A stretch of 64,000 bases of DNA, taken from contig JAWBQR010000001.1 in NCBI GenBank assembly GCA_038845265.1, positions 1-64,000 of the forward strand, given 5' to 3'. Every line of letters begins with the position of its first letter. Position 1 is the first letter of the stretch. Shown here piece by piece: positions 9,719-19,995 of the stretch. The DNA comes from Nitrososphaerota archaeon (GTDB lineage Archaea > Thermoproteota > Nitrososphaeria_A > Caldarchaeales > Calditenuaceae). Both the position numbers and the translations under genes were made by a program. The notes beneath the pieces are model-generated. The model was not told where the DNA came from. It was given only the letters and a program-made list of their open reading frames with translations, and did no database searches.

Positions 9719-10554
9719 ATGAAATAGAACATGCTTTCCAGAAATGTAAATCTGAGAAAAGAATGGCAATAATCCCGTTCATAACTGCTGGTGACCCAAA
9801 TCCTTCTTGGACGCTGAAAATCGTGGAGAAACTCAATAATATAGGAGCTGATATAATTGAGCTGGGTGTTCCCTTCTCTGACCCAATAGCTGACGGAGTA
9901 ACTATTCAGTCCTCCTCTGAAAGAGCGCTAAAAGCTGGGGTTACGCTAAAAGAAGTTTTAAAAATAGCCGGATATTGTAAAAAAGAATATAATCTACCAA
10001 TAGTGCTGCTTTCATACTTTAATCCACTTTACAAAATGGGTCTTAATAATTTTTTCGAGAATGCATCGAAAGTAGGGATTAACGGAGTAATCGTACCAGA
10101 CCTTCCTGTGGAGGAAGCTGGTGAATATATCCAGCTGGCCAGATTACATGACATCTCAACGATCTTCCTAGCATCGCCTACAACTAGCGATGAGAGGTTA
10201 GAAAAGATAATTAAATACTCTACTGGCTTCACGTATCTAATATCAGTTAAAGGAGTAACCGGACCTAGAGAGAGAATCAGCGAAGATGCTTTTATGCTAA
10301 TTCAGCGTGTCCGAAAAATTCCTCGAAGACCGCCGATAGCTGTCGGTTTTGGGATATCGAGTCCTCTCCAAGTGAAACTACTTGCGGAGGCTGGAAGTGA
10401 TGGAGTAATTATAGGGAGTGCCTTGATAAAAATAATAGAGCAAAACCTATCAGACCTAAATTATGGCTTGAAAAAGGTTGAAGAATTCTTAGAGAACGTG
10501 AAAGAGGCGGGAAAGATCGATAACTTTACATTGAGGGAAAAATGTGAGGAATAA
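9715..10554 (+). CDS. trpA: Tryptophan synthase alpha chain
   Basis: [18 protein letters not shown] and VGFGIS. Confidence 0.97.
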   Translation: MNEIEHAFQKCKSEKRMAIIPFITAGDPNPSWTLKIVEKLNNIGADIIELGVPFSDPIADGVTIQSSSERALKAGVTLKEVLKIAGYCKKEYNLPIVLLSYFNPLYKMGLNNFFENASKVGINGVIVPDLPVEEAGEYIQLARLHDISTIFLASPTTSDERLEKIIKYSTGFTYLISVKGVTGPRERISEDAFMLIQRVRKIPRRPPIAVGFGISSPLQVKLLAEAGSDGVIIGSALIKIIEQNLSDLNYGLKKVEEFLENVKEAGKIDNFTLREKCEE

Positions 10555-10558
10555 GTAA

Positions 10559-11002
10559 ATGGAGGAGGAAGATAACTCGCTCTTGGACCTTAGGCCTGTC
10601 TTGATCCATATAGATTGCCTAAAAGAACATGAAGAATGCGATCCAGATTACTTGGAAGAACTACTAGAAAAAATTGTAAAAGACGGAGAACTCAAGCGCC
10701 CTATAATCGTTGATTCAAGAACAATGATAATTTTAGATGGTCATCATAGGTTTCTATGTATTAAAAAATTGGGGAAGAGATACATACCTGCTTACTTAAT
10801 AGATTATAGTAGGCCAGAAATAGAAGTTTGTTCATGGAACAATACTGAAACGATAACAAAAGAGATGGTGATAGAGGCCGCACTTACCGGCAAAAAGTTT
10901 CCTCCAAAGTCTACTAAACACATGGTTAAGATCGGAGGCGAACTATACCATATCACGTATATAGAGAAAGAACACCCATATCCTCTACATGCTATACCAT
11001 AA
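10559..11002 (+). CDS. ParB/Srx-fold protein, SerK/SbnI-like
   Basis: EHEE, DGHHR, conserved W, TK and PPKSTKH motifs. Confidence 0.75.
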   Translation: MEEEDNSLLDLRPVLIHIDCLKEHEECDPDYLEELLEKIVKDGELKRPIIVDSRTMIILDGHHRFLCIKKLGKRYIPAYLIDYSRPEIEVCSWNNTETITKEMVIEAALTGKKFPPKSTKHMVKIGGELYHITYIEKEHPYPLHAIP

Positions 11003-11021
11003 ATAAACGATTGAATAAATC

Positions 11022-11648
11022 TTACATTGGCTGTATAATTCGTGCCTGTTCTGGCACACTTTCAGGCATAGAGAAAAACGCAATTGTCTGAAGTACTACA
11101 GCAACTAATATCAATACTGCCCCTACTAGGATTATTAAAAGTGCTGCACCTATCAAGTAAAGTAATGCAGCGGTGCTGAAAAGCCTTATGTTAAGCCTAA
11201 GTGATATTGTTGTAAAGCTCCTCCGTATAAAAATTGCTGAAAGAATGCAGAAGACCCAAATAATGATTAAGGCAATAAATATTCCGACTAATATTCTTGT
11301 TAAGCTTTCTAAATTTAGTGCTTGGAGATTAAACCACTCATAGAAGTTAGGCGGCATCCCGAAGGATTTTGTAAATATGGTGAGGACACTAACTGCACCA
11401 ACAATTATTCCTGCTACTACTCCTATAATTCCAATTAAGACTGAGATAAGCATGTTATTGAAAATTCTCCTATCGCCAACAGCGTCTGCTACATACTTAA
11501 CCGCAATGATTACAAGTATAACACCGATGATTCCTAATATGCCTCCTACCGACGGTACAAATGAAAGCAGCATCAAAATCGATCCAACCCCACCCAATAT
11601 CCTAGCTTGAGATAGCTCAGACACGCCGATACTAAAAATAAATGACAT
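11022..11648 (-). CDS. DUF996 family membrane protein
   Basis: ARILGGVGSIL N-terminus, about 5 TM segments, C-terminal IAFFSMP. Confidence 0.8.
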   Translation of the reverse strand: MSFIFSIGVSELSQARILGGVGSILMLLSFVPSVGGILGIIGVILVIIAVKYVADAVGDRRIFNNMLISVLIGIIGVVAGIIVGAVSVLTIFTKSFGMPPNFYEWFNLQALNLESLTRILVGIFIALIIIWVFCILSAIFIRRSFTTISLRLNIRLFSTAALLYLIGAALLIILVGAVLILVAVVLQTIAFFSMPESVPEQARIIQPM

Positions 11649-11883
11649 AATAAGCTTTTTGGGCTCGACTTTGTTACCTTAATTTCCTCAAAGATTAAAT
11701 TGGATAATTAGACGTATATTCCTTTATCTAAAAATCGAGACCTATAGCATTATACTTAGAGAAAATTTTGAATGCGTATATTATGATGTTTTAAAGTTGT
11801 GGTTTATAAAATTACGTCAACTTCTTATTCAAGTTACTGCTTAAAATTAATGGTCTTATCGTTGAATAATTTATGTTAATTAT

Positions 11884-13260
11884 CTAGCTATGTTTATGGT
11901 TGATGCCTATATAGGCTAAGGCGCATTCATTTTTCATGATTTCTCTTAATAATGCTGTAGCATATGAGCCTCTTGGAAGTGATAACATTAGATCTACAGT
12001 GTCATCAAGTACCTGAACTAATTTTATTAAATAACGTTGGATGGAAATACATCTAACGCTACCTATTGTTCCTGCTTCGGGGAGCTTCTTAACATAAAAA
12101 TTCCACAATTCTATTGATTCTTCATCTAGGACAGATTTAAGCGCATCTCCTCTAGGCCCTCGCGGCAATTTTGATGAATAGCCTGGCTGAGGAATTACAA
12201 TTGCTACCTCGCCGCTTTTTACTCGTTTCTCAATATCCTCAATATTCCAATTATTTACCTCGTAAATTTTTCCTGTCGGATATCCATACATGTCAAGCCT
12301 TACTACAAGGTCTCCTATATATGGTTCATAAAGATTAGAAGAATCTTTAATGGAAATCGAGAGTGCCTTATTAAATATATATGATGAGTATGCCTCAACG
12401 ATGAGTCTTCTTAATCGAAGCGGAATTTTTCTAAATGCGCCTACGAAATCATCTTTATTTTCCAACAAATGCCTAGCCAAAGTTCTTTCATATCTCAACT
12501 GAAGCGGAAAATTATCTATCACGTATTTATAATCAATAGTATCCATGAAATATTGTCTCATTTCTCGAATACTCGGTTTCTCTAAGTTGCTCGAAGCACC
12601 TATGAAGACCTTTAACGCTGAGCCTAGATCATTCTTAACAATTAATGACCCAATAATATGTGTTACTGGACGTATAATTCCGAATCTCTGATGACCAAAA
12701 AAATTTGGCACACCATTTATTTTTAGCATCTCTAGACTCTCATTAATCATTTCGGTCGATGGATGTTCTGTTTCCCTAATTTTTATTTCAAAATTATTTC
12801 TAATTAATGATTTTGAAGAAAGGGAGTCGATGCTGCCGATGGGTCTTACCCATGCATTATGAAGCACGACCTCCTCGACTATCTGCGGGTTATAAGGTAC
12901 AGATAGGAATTGCCAAGTAACTGCTCTCCTATCTTTTATCCCACATACAGAAACATGTGAAGGAATAATCTTAAGAAAAGAAGATAGGTCGGAGATTGCC
13001 TTTATTGTTTCTCTATTGAATTTTCTCATTAGAAGTAGCATATTTTTCATTCCAATAACCGGTAAAGATGCATTTTTCATCCAAATATCCCGAGCGTCTA
13101 ACCCACCCTCGATTATTTCCCAAACCTGAAAATCTTCCGGCAATTTTTTAATAATACCCCTAATGCCAGGAGTTTGAGAAACGTATCCATTTATTCCAAT
13201 AAATTCCTCAATATCGACACATCTTAAACTTTTTAATGTTTCAAGAGATAGCTTTTTCAT
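11884..13260 (-). CDS. truD: tRNA pseudouridine(13) synthase
   Basis: PEDFQV, GIKDRRAVT, PNFFGHQRFG and LPRGSYAT. Confidence 0.95.
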   Translation of the reverse strand: MKKLSLETLKSLRCVDIEEFIGINGYVSQTPGIRGIIKKLPEDFQVWEIIEGGLDARDIWMKNASLPVIGMKNMLLLMRKFNRETIKAISDLSSFLKIIPSHVSVCGIKDRRAVTWQFLSVPYNPQIVEEVVLHNAWVRPIGSIDSLSSKSLIRNNFEIKIRETEHPSTEMINESLEMLKINGVPNFFGHQRFGIIRPVTHIIGSLIVKNDLGSALKVFIGASSNLEKPSIREMRQYFMDTIDYKYVIDNFPLQLRYERTLARHLLENKDDFVGAFRKIPLRLRRLIVEAYSSYIFNKALSISIKDSSNLYEPYIGDLVVRLDMYGYPTGKIYEVNNWNIEDIEKRVKSGEVAIVIPQPGYSSKLPRGPRGDALKSVLDEESIELWNFYVKKLPEAGTIGSVRCISIQRYLIKLVQVLDDTVDLMLSLPRGSYATALLREIMKNECALAYIGINHKHS

Positions 13261-14620
13261 TCCTACTAAATTTATTCATGCATAACCTATATATTGACTC
13301 TACAATTAATGATGCTGCACCAATGTATTCATGATATGTCTTTGGAATAATTTCGTCAGGATTTATTCCCGTGCTTTCAATTATTCCTTTAACATCTTCT
13401 AAATACTTATCAGGACTGAGAGGTTCAAGTCTCCTTAATTCGTTGACCAAATTTTTCCCTAATAAGCGCATCCTTATTTGTATGGCTTCGCTCAAAATCT
13501 CCGGATGCTCCTCGAGATCCCGCTTCATCAACTCTCTATTAAACTCGATCCGCATCAGAAAGCTACGCAAATTCTTTATTCCAATAATCAGGTGAGCCAT
13601 TGCTACACCATAATTCCTCTTAAGGGTAGAGTCTGAGAGATCTCTTTGGAGCCTTGAGACAAGTAGGCGATTAGACAAAAAGTTAAGTAAGTTTGAAGAA
13701 TATTCTAAGTTTCCTTCAGCATTCTCTATTTCTATAGGGTTGACCTTTTGAGGCATAGTTGAAGAACCTACACCAACTCTCTTAATTAGGACGTATCCCA
13801 TCATAGTTAAAAGCCATAAATCTCTACAGAGATCTATGAGGCACCCTGCAAGTAGGGATAAGGAATGCAGGTATCTTGAAATAACATCATGAGGTAAAAC
13901 CTGTTTGGTCGCTATCCAAGGTTCTAATCCAAGTTTTCTAATAAACTTTTCAAGTATATTAATCGTGTCTTTACCAAAAACCTCCATTAATGCAGCATAC
14001 GTCCCTACTGCACCTGATATCTTTCCTGGGAATAGATATGTTTCCAAGAATTCATACTGTTTCATAATTCTATAGACATGAACTATTAGTTCTTTTCCAA
14101 GCGTTGTCGGCAAAGCTGGAAGCCCATGTGTTCTACCTAACATTATTGTATTTTTTTCATTCATAGCAACTTTTGCCAACTCGGTTACAAATTCCTTAAT
14201 AAGGGGAAGTAAGACTTCCGCGTTAAAATCTTTAAGTATCAATGAATAAGCAAGGTTTGATACATCCTCAGATGTGAGTCCAAGATGGACAAGATTTGCT
14301 TGATCACTTAGGCCATATTCGCTTAATCTTTCCTTAACATATCTAACTAAGGCCTCAACATCATGCCTGGTCTCTTTTTCTATTTGTTTAATACGCCTTG
14401 CCTCATCGATTGAAAACTCCTTAAATATTTTATCAGTAATAATTGAGATTTTATCTTCCTGTATAGGTCTCAGTACATTTGTTAATAGTTTTAAGTATTC
14501 TAGTTCGATTCTTAATCTATACATCATTAATGCATATTCTGAAAAATATCTCCTTAGTTCATCTACGACGTCAGAGTATCTTCCATCTATAGGTGATATA
14601 GCTAATAGCTCATCAGTCAT
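13241..14620 (-). CDS. purB: Adenylosuccinate lyase
   Basis: ISPIDGRY, HLGLTSED, RTHG and GSSTMPQKVNP. Confidence 0.96.
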   Translation of the reverse strand: MTDELLAISPIDGRYSDVVDELRRYFSEYALMMYRLRIELEYLKLLTNVLRPIQEDKISIITDKIFKEFSIDEARRIKQIEKETRHDVEALVRYVKERLSEYGLSDQANLVHLGLTSEDVSNLAYSLILKDFNAEVLLPLIKEFVTELAKVAMNEKNTIMLGRTHGLPALPTTLGKELIVHVYRIMKQYEFLETYLFPGKISGAVGTYAALMEVFGKDTINILEKFIRKLGLEPWIATKQVLPHDVISRYLHSLSLLAGCLIDLCRDLWLLTMMGYVLIKRVGVGSSTMPQKVNPIEIENAEGNLEYSSNLLNFLSNRLLVSRLQRDLSDSTLKRNYGVAMAHLIIGIKNLRSFLMRIEFNRELMKRDLEEHPEILSEAIQIRMRLLGKNLVNELRRLEPLSPDKYLEDVKGIIESTGINPDEIIPKTYHEYIGAASLIVESIYRLCMNKFSRNEKAIS

Positions 14621-15882
14621 CTTTCTATCACATCTTGAATTCGGGGTCCTATACTTATCAATTTTACAGGTATTTTTAATGAATCCTCTACGAATTCAAT
14701 ATATTTTCTCATTGGTCTTGGCAGGGCTCCATATCCCTCCTTTACTATTTTGTCAACTTGTTCTCGAGTAAGTGCATCCCATCCTTCAAGCTCTGCATAA
14801 ATTGGCGAGACCCTCGATAATCTATTGACTGTCTCTGGAAACTCTTGGACTTTTTCACCATCAAGCTCATATCCAACACATACCTTTAGCTTAGTAAGTC
14901 CGGACAATGTATCTAAGTGCGTAATTATGAGCTTGTCGACACCGTTGAGTCTAGCCGCATAATTTAATTGGAAAAGGTCGAGCCACCCTATTCTTCTCGG
15001 ACGACCAGTAGTAGCGCCAAATTCTTTTCCTTTAATTCTGATCTCTTCTGCGAGTTTTCCAGAGATTTCAGTCGGTAGTGGGCCTTCACCGACACGCGTA
15101 GTGTACGCTTTAATGATACCTATTACTTCGCTCAATTCCTTTAAGCTTATCCCTACTCCGTGTGCTGCAGCCGATGCTAAAGTAGTACTAGAAGTCACAT
15201 AGGGATATGTTCCATGATCGAGATCAAGCATCGTACCTTGAGCTCCCTCAAAAATCACTGTTTGTCCATTCTGAAGTTCACTTCTAATGACATTAGAAAC
15301 ATTACCTACATATCTTCTTATTTTGTCTATTTCGGATCTTAGTTCTCTCACTTCTTCAACATATTTGTACTCTGAGTATTTCCACCCCATGAGAGATGAA
15401 ATGAATCTTAAGTTATCATTACTAATGTTGTTTTCTATGATATCAATTATTCTTAAACCGATCCTTCCATACTTAAACATGGCAGCAGGACCTATTCCCC
15501 TCCTCGTCGTGCCTATTCCTTTTCCACCCCTAATATCCTCTAAATAACCATCAAGTTCCCTATGTATTCCAAGAACAATATGTGCTCTGGGACTAATTGT
15601 TAATTCGATTTCACCAATTATTTCTTGGACGATTTTTATTTCATCGATGAGAGTGCGTATGTCTAAGTAGACACCTGGCCCTATTGCAGCTTTTCTGCAA
15701 GAGACGACCCCGGCCGGCAATAAATGTAGTCGAAGTTCAGTATTACCTAAAGGTACCGTATGTCCTGCATTCGCGCCCCCATTAAATCTAACAACTAGTC
15801 TAGCGTTACGGCAAAGATATGCTGATATCTTTCCCTTGCCTTCGTCTCCCCATTGAAGCCCAATTATAACCTTTCCTGGCAT
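14617..15882 (-). CDS. purA: Adenylosuccinate synthetase
   Basis: QWGDEGKGK, GGANAGHT, GTYPYVTSS and TTGRPRR. Confidence 0.98.
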   Translation of the reverse strand: MPGKVIIGLQWGDEGKGKISAYLCRNARLVVRFNGGANAGHTVPLGNTELRLHLLPAGVVSCRKAAIGPGVYLDIRTLIDEIKIVQEIIGEIELTISPRAHIVLGIHRELDGYLEDIRGGKGIGTTRRGIGPAAMFKYGRIGLRIIDIIENNISNDNLRFISSLMGWKYSEYKYVEEVRELRSEIDKIRRYVGNVSNVIRSELQNGQTVIFEGAQGTMLDLDHGTYPYVTSSTTLASAAAHGVGISLKELSEVIGIIKAYTTRVGEGPLPTEISGKLAEEIRIKGKEFGATTGRPRRIGWLDLFQLNYAARLNGVDKLIITHLDTLSGLTKLKVCVGYELDGEKVQEFPETVNRLSRVSPIYAELEGWDALTREQVDKIVKEGYGALPRPMRKYIEFVEDSLKIPVKLISIGPRIQDVIER

Positions 15883-15885
15883 ATC

Positions 15886-17370
15886 TCAGGTTACTCTGTC
15901 AACATCATGTGGTAAGCCTTCTTTATAGCCTGCTTCTGTAATTCTTATGAATATCGCGTTCTTTCTGAGTTCTTCGAGATTCCTAGCACCGACGTAGCTC
16001 ATCCCAGACCTCAACCCACTTATCAGCTGTTTAATGACGTCATAGACAGATCCTTTGTAGTCGACGTAAGCTTCTATCCCCTCGGCAATGTACGAGAACT
16101 CTGAGGCATCATCAAACTGTACATCACCTTTCTCCTTTAACTCTCTGCTGAGCATTGCGTAGAAGGATGCCATTCCCCTATAGATTTTATATTTCCTTCC
16201 ATTACGGGTCACAATTGCGCCTGGACTTTCATCAGTACCGGCGAACAACATGCCTATCATAACTGTCGAAGCCCCTGCAGCCAGTGCCTTTACTAGATCT
16301 GCTGAGCTTCTTATACCACCATCAGCCATCAATGGTATTCCTAACTTCTCCGCTACCTCGCTGCATGAGATTATTGCTGAGAGCTGCGGTACACCTACTC
16401 CTGCAACTATTCTTGTCGTGCATACTGCCCCTGGGCCTATCCCGACCTTTACGCAGTCAGCTTCGGCCGCTAGGTCTTCAAAACCTTCTGGGGTAGCTAC
16501 GTTGCCTGCTATTATCTGTATACCGTCTCCTAGCTCCCTTCTGAGTTCCTTCAAGCACTTTAACATACTTTTTGTATGTCCATGAGCAACGTCTACTACT
16601 ATTACGTCAGTCTCTGCCTCCTGAAGTGCCTTTGCTCTCTCAATATAATCTCCCCTAACACCTATCGCAGCTCCAACCATCATTCTACCTTTAGAATCTC
16701 TTGATGAGTGTGGGTAAAGGCCGCGAGCCTTTATGTCCTTTGCGGTTATTAATCCAACAACTCTGTCATTATCATCGATCACTGGTATCTTTTCAACCTT
16801 ATGAGTCCTGATGAGACTTATCGCTTCCTCTATCGTAACTCCTGGCTTAGCGGTAACTAATCTTGACCTTGGAGTCATGACTTCATCAATTACAGCATCG
16901 TCAGGCTCAAACGCAATATCCCTACTTGTTACGATTCCCTTCAAGCGATGTTCTTTATCTACTACGAGAAGCCCTGAAACTCCAAGCCTCTTCATCTCGA
17001 TCCTGGCTACTCCTACTTTTGTTCCTTGCATTATTGTATAGGGGTCCTCGATAATGATGCTTTCTGCTCTCTTTACTTTATGTACCTCAGCCACTTGTTG
17101 TTCAATAGGCATAAATCTATGAATAACTCCGATTCCTCCTTCCCTCGCCATGGCTATAGCCATATTGCTCTCCGTCACCGTATCCATTGCGGCAGATATC
17201 AGTGGGATATTCAGCTTGATTTTCCTAGTCAACCAAGTCTCAACGCTCGTTTCTCGCCTTGAGACGATCTCAGAATATCTAGGAACTAGGAGTACATCAT
17301 CAAATGCTATTCCTATACTTTCTAAAAACCTTGCCACTCCTTTCCCTTTATAATTAACAACTCTCTCCAT
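15886..17370 (-). CDS. guaB: IMP dehydrogenase with CBS pair
   Basis: [24 protein letters not shown] and YRGMAS. Confidence 0.97.
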   Translation of the reverse strand: MERVVNYKGKGVARFLESIGIAFDDVLLVPRYSEIVSRRETSVETWLTRKIKLNIPLISAAMDTVTESNMAIAMAREGGIGVIHRFMPIEQQVAEVHKVKRAESIIIEDPYTIMQGTKVGVARIEMKRLGVSGLLVVDKEHRLKGIVTSRDIAFEPDDAVIDEVMTPRSRLVTAKPGVTIEEAISLIRTHKVEKIPVIDDNDRVVGLITAKDIKARGLYPHSSRDSKGRMMVGAAIGVRGDYIERAKALQEAETDVIVVDVAHGHTKSMLKCLKELRRELGDGIQIIAGNVATPEGFEDLAAEADCVKVGIGPGAVCTTRIVAGVGVPQLSAIISCSEVAEKLGIPLMADGGIRSSADLVKALAAGASTVMIGMLFAGTDESPGAIVTRNGRKYKIYRGMASFYAMLSRELKEKGDVQFDDASEFSYIAEGIEAYVDYKGSVYDVIKQLISGLRSGMSYVGARNLEELRKNAIFIRITEAGYKEGLPHDVDRVT

Positions 17371-17446
17371 ATTTTATATATTTACTTATTCTCTCAGAAC
17401 ATCACTTTAATAGTTATTGAATTCTACGAATCTATAAGGTGAGGGC

Positions 17447-18457
17447 TTGGACAGATTAAGCTTGGCGGTTTACGCAAGCCATTCGGCAATCCAGATCCTA
17501 TTGGGAGCACGAGAAGAGGGCCTTTTAACAACTATTTTTGGACCACCTGAGTCGCTGAGACTATACAGTCGATTTCCTGGCTTGGTAAATAAAGCATTAG
17601 AATATTCTGGAGTCGATTGTCTTAGCATTCTAAAAGACGAGGGACACGTGTTAATTCCGAGCGGGAGCATTGTTGAGTATGTCGGATATGACGCAATAGT
17701 AAAGTCTGGCATACCCTACTTTGGGCTGAAAGAGCTCATCAAGTGGGAGTCAGAATGGGACTTAAAGCTAAAATTGCTCAACGAAGCAGGCATTCCCATT
17801 CCTAAGACCTTTAAGGACCCCTCCCAAGTGGATACAATAGTAATTGTAAAGCTCCCAGGAGCGAAGGGTGGAAAAGACTTCTTTATTTCCAAGACACCAA
17901 GAGAAATAGAGGTTAATTTAGAAAAGTTAAAGGAAAATGGGAAAATTAAATCGTTTAAAGATGTATGTATTCAGGAATATGTGGTAGGAACGACAATGTA
18001 TGCTCATTATTTTTACAGTCCAATCTTTGATAGACTCGAGATAACGGGATTCGATATTCGCTATGAGACAAATGTAGATGGTATGAAAAGATTGCCACCA
18101 GCACTCACCGAGAACATCCAACCGTCCTTTATAGTATGTGGCAACATACCTGTTTATCCGCGTGAAAAGCTACTTGAAACATTTATTGAATATGGTGAAA
18201 GATTTGTTAAAACTACTAAACGATTGATACCTCCTGGAATTATTGGCCCATTCTGCCTAGAATGCGTCATAAATGAAGACCTAGAACCAATAGTCTTCGA
18301 ATTTTCTGGAAGAATTGTTGCAGGAACCAATATCTACATGAATGGGAGCCCTTATCTCAAACTTTACTGGGGGACTGAAATGAGTGTAGGTAGAAGGATA
18401 GCTAAAGAAATAAGAATTGCAAAAGATACAGAAAGACTCACCGAAATTTTAACATGA
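17447..18457 (+). CDS. purP: FAICAR synthetase PurP family (ATP-grasp)
   Basis: [19 protein letters not shown] and [12 protein letters not shown]. Confidence 0.9.
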   Translation: MDRLSLAVYASHSAIQILLGAREEGLLTTIFGPPESLRLYSRFPGLVNKALEYSGVDCLSILKDEGHVLIPSGSIVEYVGYDAIVKSGIPYFGLKELIKWESEWDLKLKLLNEAGIPIPKTFKDPSQVDTIVIVKLPGAKGGKDFFISKTPREIEVNLEKLKENGKIKSFKDVCIQEYVVGTTMYAHYFYSPIFDRLEITGFDIRYETNVDGMKRLPPALTENIQPSFIVCGNIPVYPREKLLETFIEYGERFVKTTKRLIPPGIIGPFCLECVINEDLEPIVFEFSGRIVAGTNIYMNGSPYLKLYWGTEMSVGRRIAKEIRIAKDTERLTEILT

Positions 18458-18488
18458 TTGAACTAATATCAAGGTAAATTAAAAAATC

Positions 18489-18851
18489 TTATAATAACTT
18501 CAGCGACCCAGTTACTTGATCGACCATCTCGCTCGGAGCTGGACCAATGCCAAGCGCTGTAATGGTGCCTGGCTCAAGCTCTGTCAATCCAGCATCAGAT
18601 ATAAGTGCGCAAGGCAGTTCAAGCTTTTCAGCATGTCCCCTTAAAGTAAGCAATTCATCAACGTTTTCGACCTTTAATACTACCTTCTTCTGCCCCTCGT
18701 CTATCCAATTTTCAGCCCATTCCCTTCTTTTATCATAAGCGATCAAAAATGAAGATACAGCTGCGTGGGCTACTTGGACAGCTAGCTTTCCAATACTCAT
18801 CTTTACGTCCGCCCTGACAACAATTACTTGTTTATACCTAAAGCCAGACAT
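18489..18851 (-). CDS. pth2: Peptidyl-tRNA hydrolase Pth2
   Basis: [24 protein letters not shown] and DAGLTE. Confidence 0.96.
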   Translation of the reverse strand: MSGFRYKQVIVVRADVKMSIGKLAVQVAHAAVSSFLIAYDKRREWAENWIDEGQKKVVLKVENVDELLTLRGHAEKLELPCALISDAGLTELEPGTITALGIGPAPSEMVDQVTGSLKLL

Positions 18852-18875
18852 TTAAAAACGCCCTCATGAAGTATC

Positions 18876-19781
18876 CTATGTGGCATTAGTTAATTTAATT
18901 TTTGATCCCGTAGCAGGAGTATTGTTTACAGATTTGACAATGATTTTTCCTTCATATCGACTCATCGCTCTACATACTTCTTCGAGTTTGTTGTCTGTCG
19001 TTAGGGAAGCAAATGAGGGCCCTGTGCCTGATACGCTGCAGGCCAATGCACCGGCTCTCAGGGCGTCAATGATTATCTCTGTAGGTAGGGAAAGGGCCGA
19101 TGCATGTATAAGTCCATTAATAGTCATGGCTCTAAAATAATTTCCCTCTACCGCTAGCCTAAATGCCTCTTCTACTAATCCCTTAATGGGTTCTAGTAAA
19201 TTACTTCTGAAATCCTTAGTAAATTGTTTTTCTGGAGGCACGAGTATGACGGCCCGCAAGTAAGTCGGAGCATCTATGCGTCTTATCAAGACATCTTTTT
19301 TATTATTGGTTATTACTATACCACCAAGTGCACAACTTGATGCATCGTCAATTGCTCCAGTAATCGATGTCCCTGATCGACGTGACGCCTCAGCTACTAT
19401 TGTTAGAAATTCTCTAACACTAAGCTTTACGTCAAGTGCGTCTAGGATTGCTAGCGTTATAGCAACTGCTGCTGAACTAGAGCTCTTAAGCCCGACGGCT
19501 ATTGGGATGTTTGACCTAGTCGTTATTCTGCATCCGAAGGACTCGAGATTCAGTCTTTCGACAAGTACATCTACTATAGCTTTTGCCAAAAGATCATCGC
19601 CTATCTCTTCTTTGTTGACAAGAGTAACTTTTCCATCATCTGTCAGCTCTACTTCTGCATCTGTCTCGAAATCCACTCCGATTGCTGCTCCTCTCCAAAT
19701 AGATATGGCATTGATTATCGTCACGGCGCCATACGCCCTTGCCCACCCTCTCCCTTGACTCCTCATTCTGGCTAGAGTCAA
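18876..19781 (-). CDS. aroK: Archaeal shikimate kinase (GHMP family)
   Basis: GLKSSSS, SITGAIDD and SGTGPS. Confidence 0.93.
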   Translation of the reverse strand: MTLARMRSQGRGWARAYGAVTIINAISIWRGAAIGVDFETDAEVELTDDGKVTLVNKEEIGDDLLAKAIVDVLVERLNLESFGCRITTRSNIPIAVGLKSSSSAAVAITLAILDALDVKLSVREFLTIVAEASRRSGTSITGAIDDASSCALGGIVITNNKKDVLIRRIDAPTYLRAVILVPPEKQFTKDFRSNLLEPIKGLVEEAFRLAVEGNYFRAMTINGLIHASALSLPTEIIIDALRAGALACSVSGTGPSFASLTTDNKLEEVCRAMSRYEGKIIVKSVNNTPATGSKIKLTNAT

Positions 19782-19793
19782 TAAAAAGTAACC

Positions 19794-19995
19794 TTTAAAT
19801 TAGACCTTTCCTACGCAAAATGCAAGAGCAGGGGGAATAGGCGTGGGGAGCAAAAACTTCAAATTAATAGGATTTGCGACCTACGCCTATTTCTATGCCT
19901 GGATTAGTTAGGTTTCTCCCTCCCTGCCCCCTGCTCTTGAGGTGGTTGGTAATGTCTATAGTTAATGTGTGGTGTTTTAGACGGAGGTGTGATTC
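19794..19995 (+). promoter_or_regulatory. aro operon promoter and highly structured 5' leader (putative attenuator)
   Basis: TATA TTTAAAT 19794-19800; perfect 13-bp stem 19823-19835/19927-19939; 12-bp inner stem 19836-19847/19880-19891; pyrimidine tract 19913-19938. Confidence 0.75.
19843..19911 (+). CDS. Putative aromatic amino acid leader peptide MGSKNFKLIGFATYAYFYAWIS
   Basis: GTG start 7 nt after GGGGG; 3 Phe, 3 Tyr and 1 Trp in 22 codons; TAG at 19909-19911. Confidence 0.65.
   Translation: MGSKNFKLIGFATYAYFYAWIS

Noticed and set aside
19823-19946. Lysine riboswitch or T-box upstream of asd
   Set aside because: Lacks the lysine riboswitch multi-helix layout and conserved core. AGGTGGT is not followed by the T-box ACCGCG and there is no stem I motif; it is better read as an SD.
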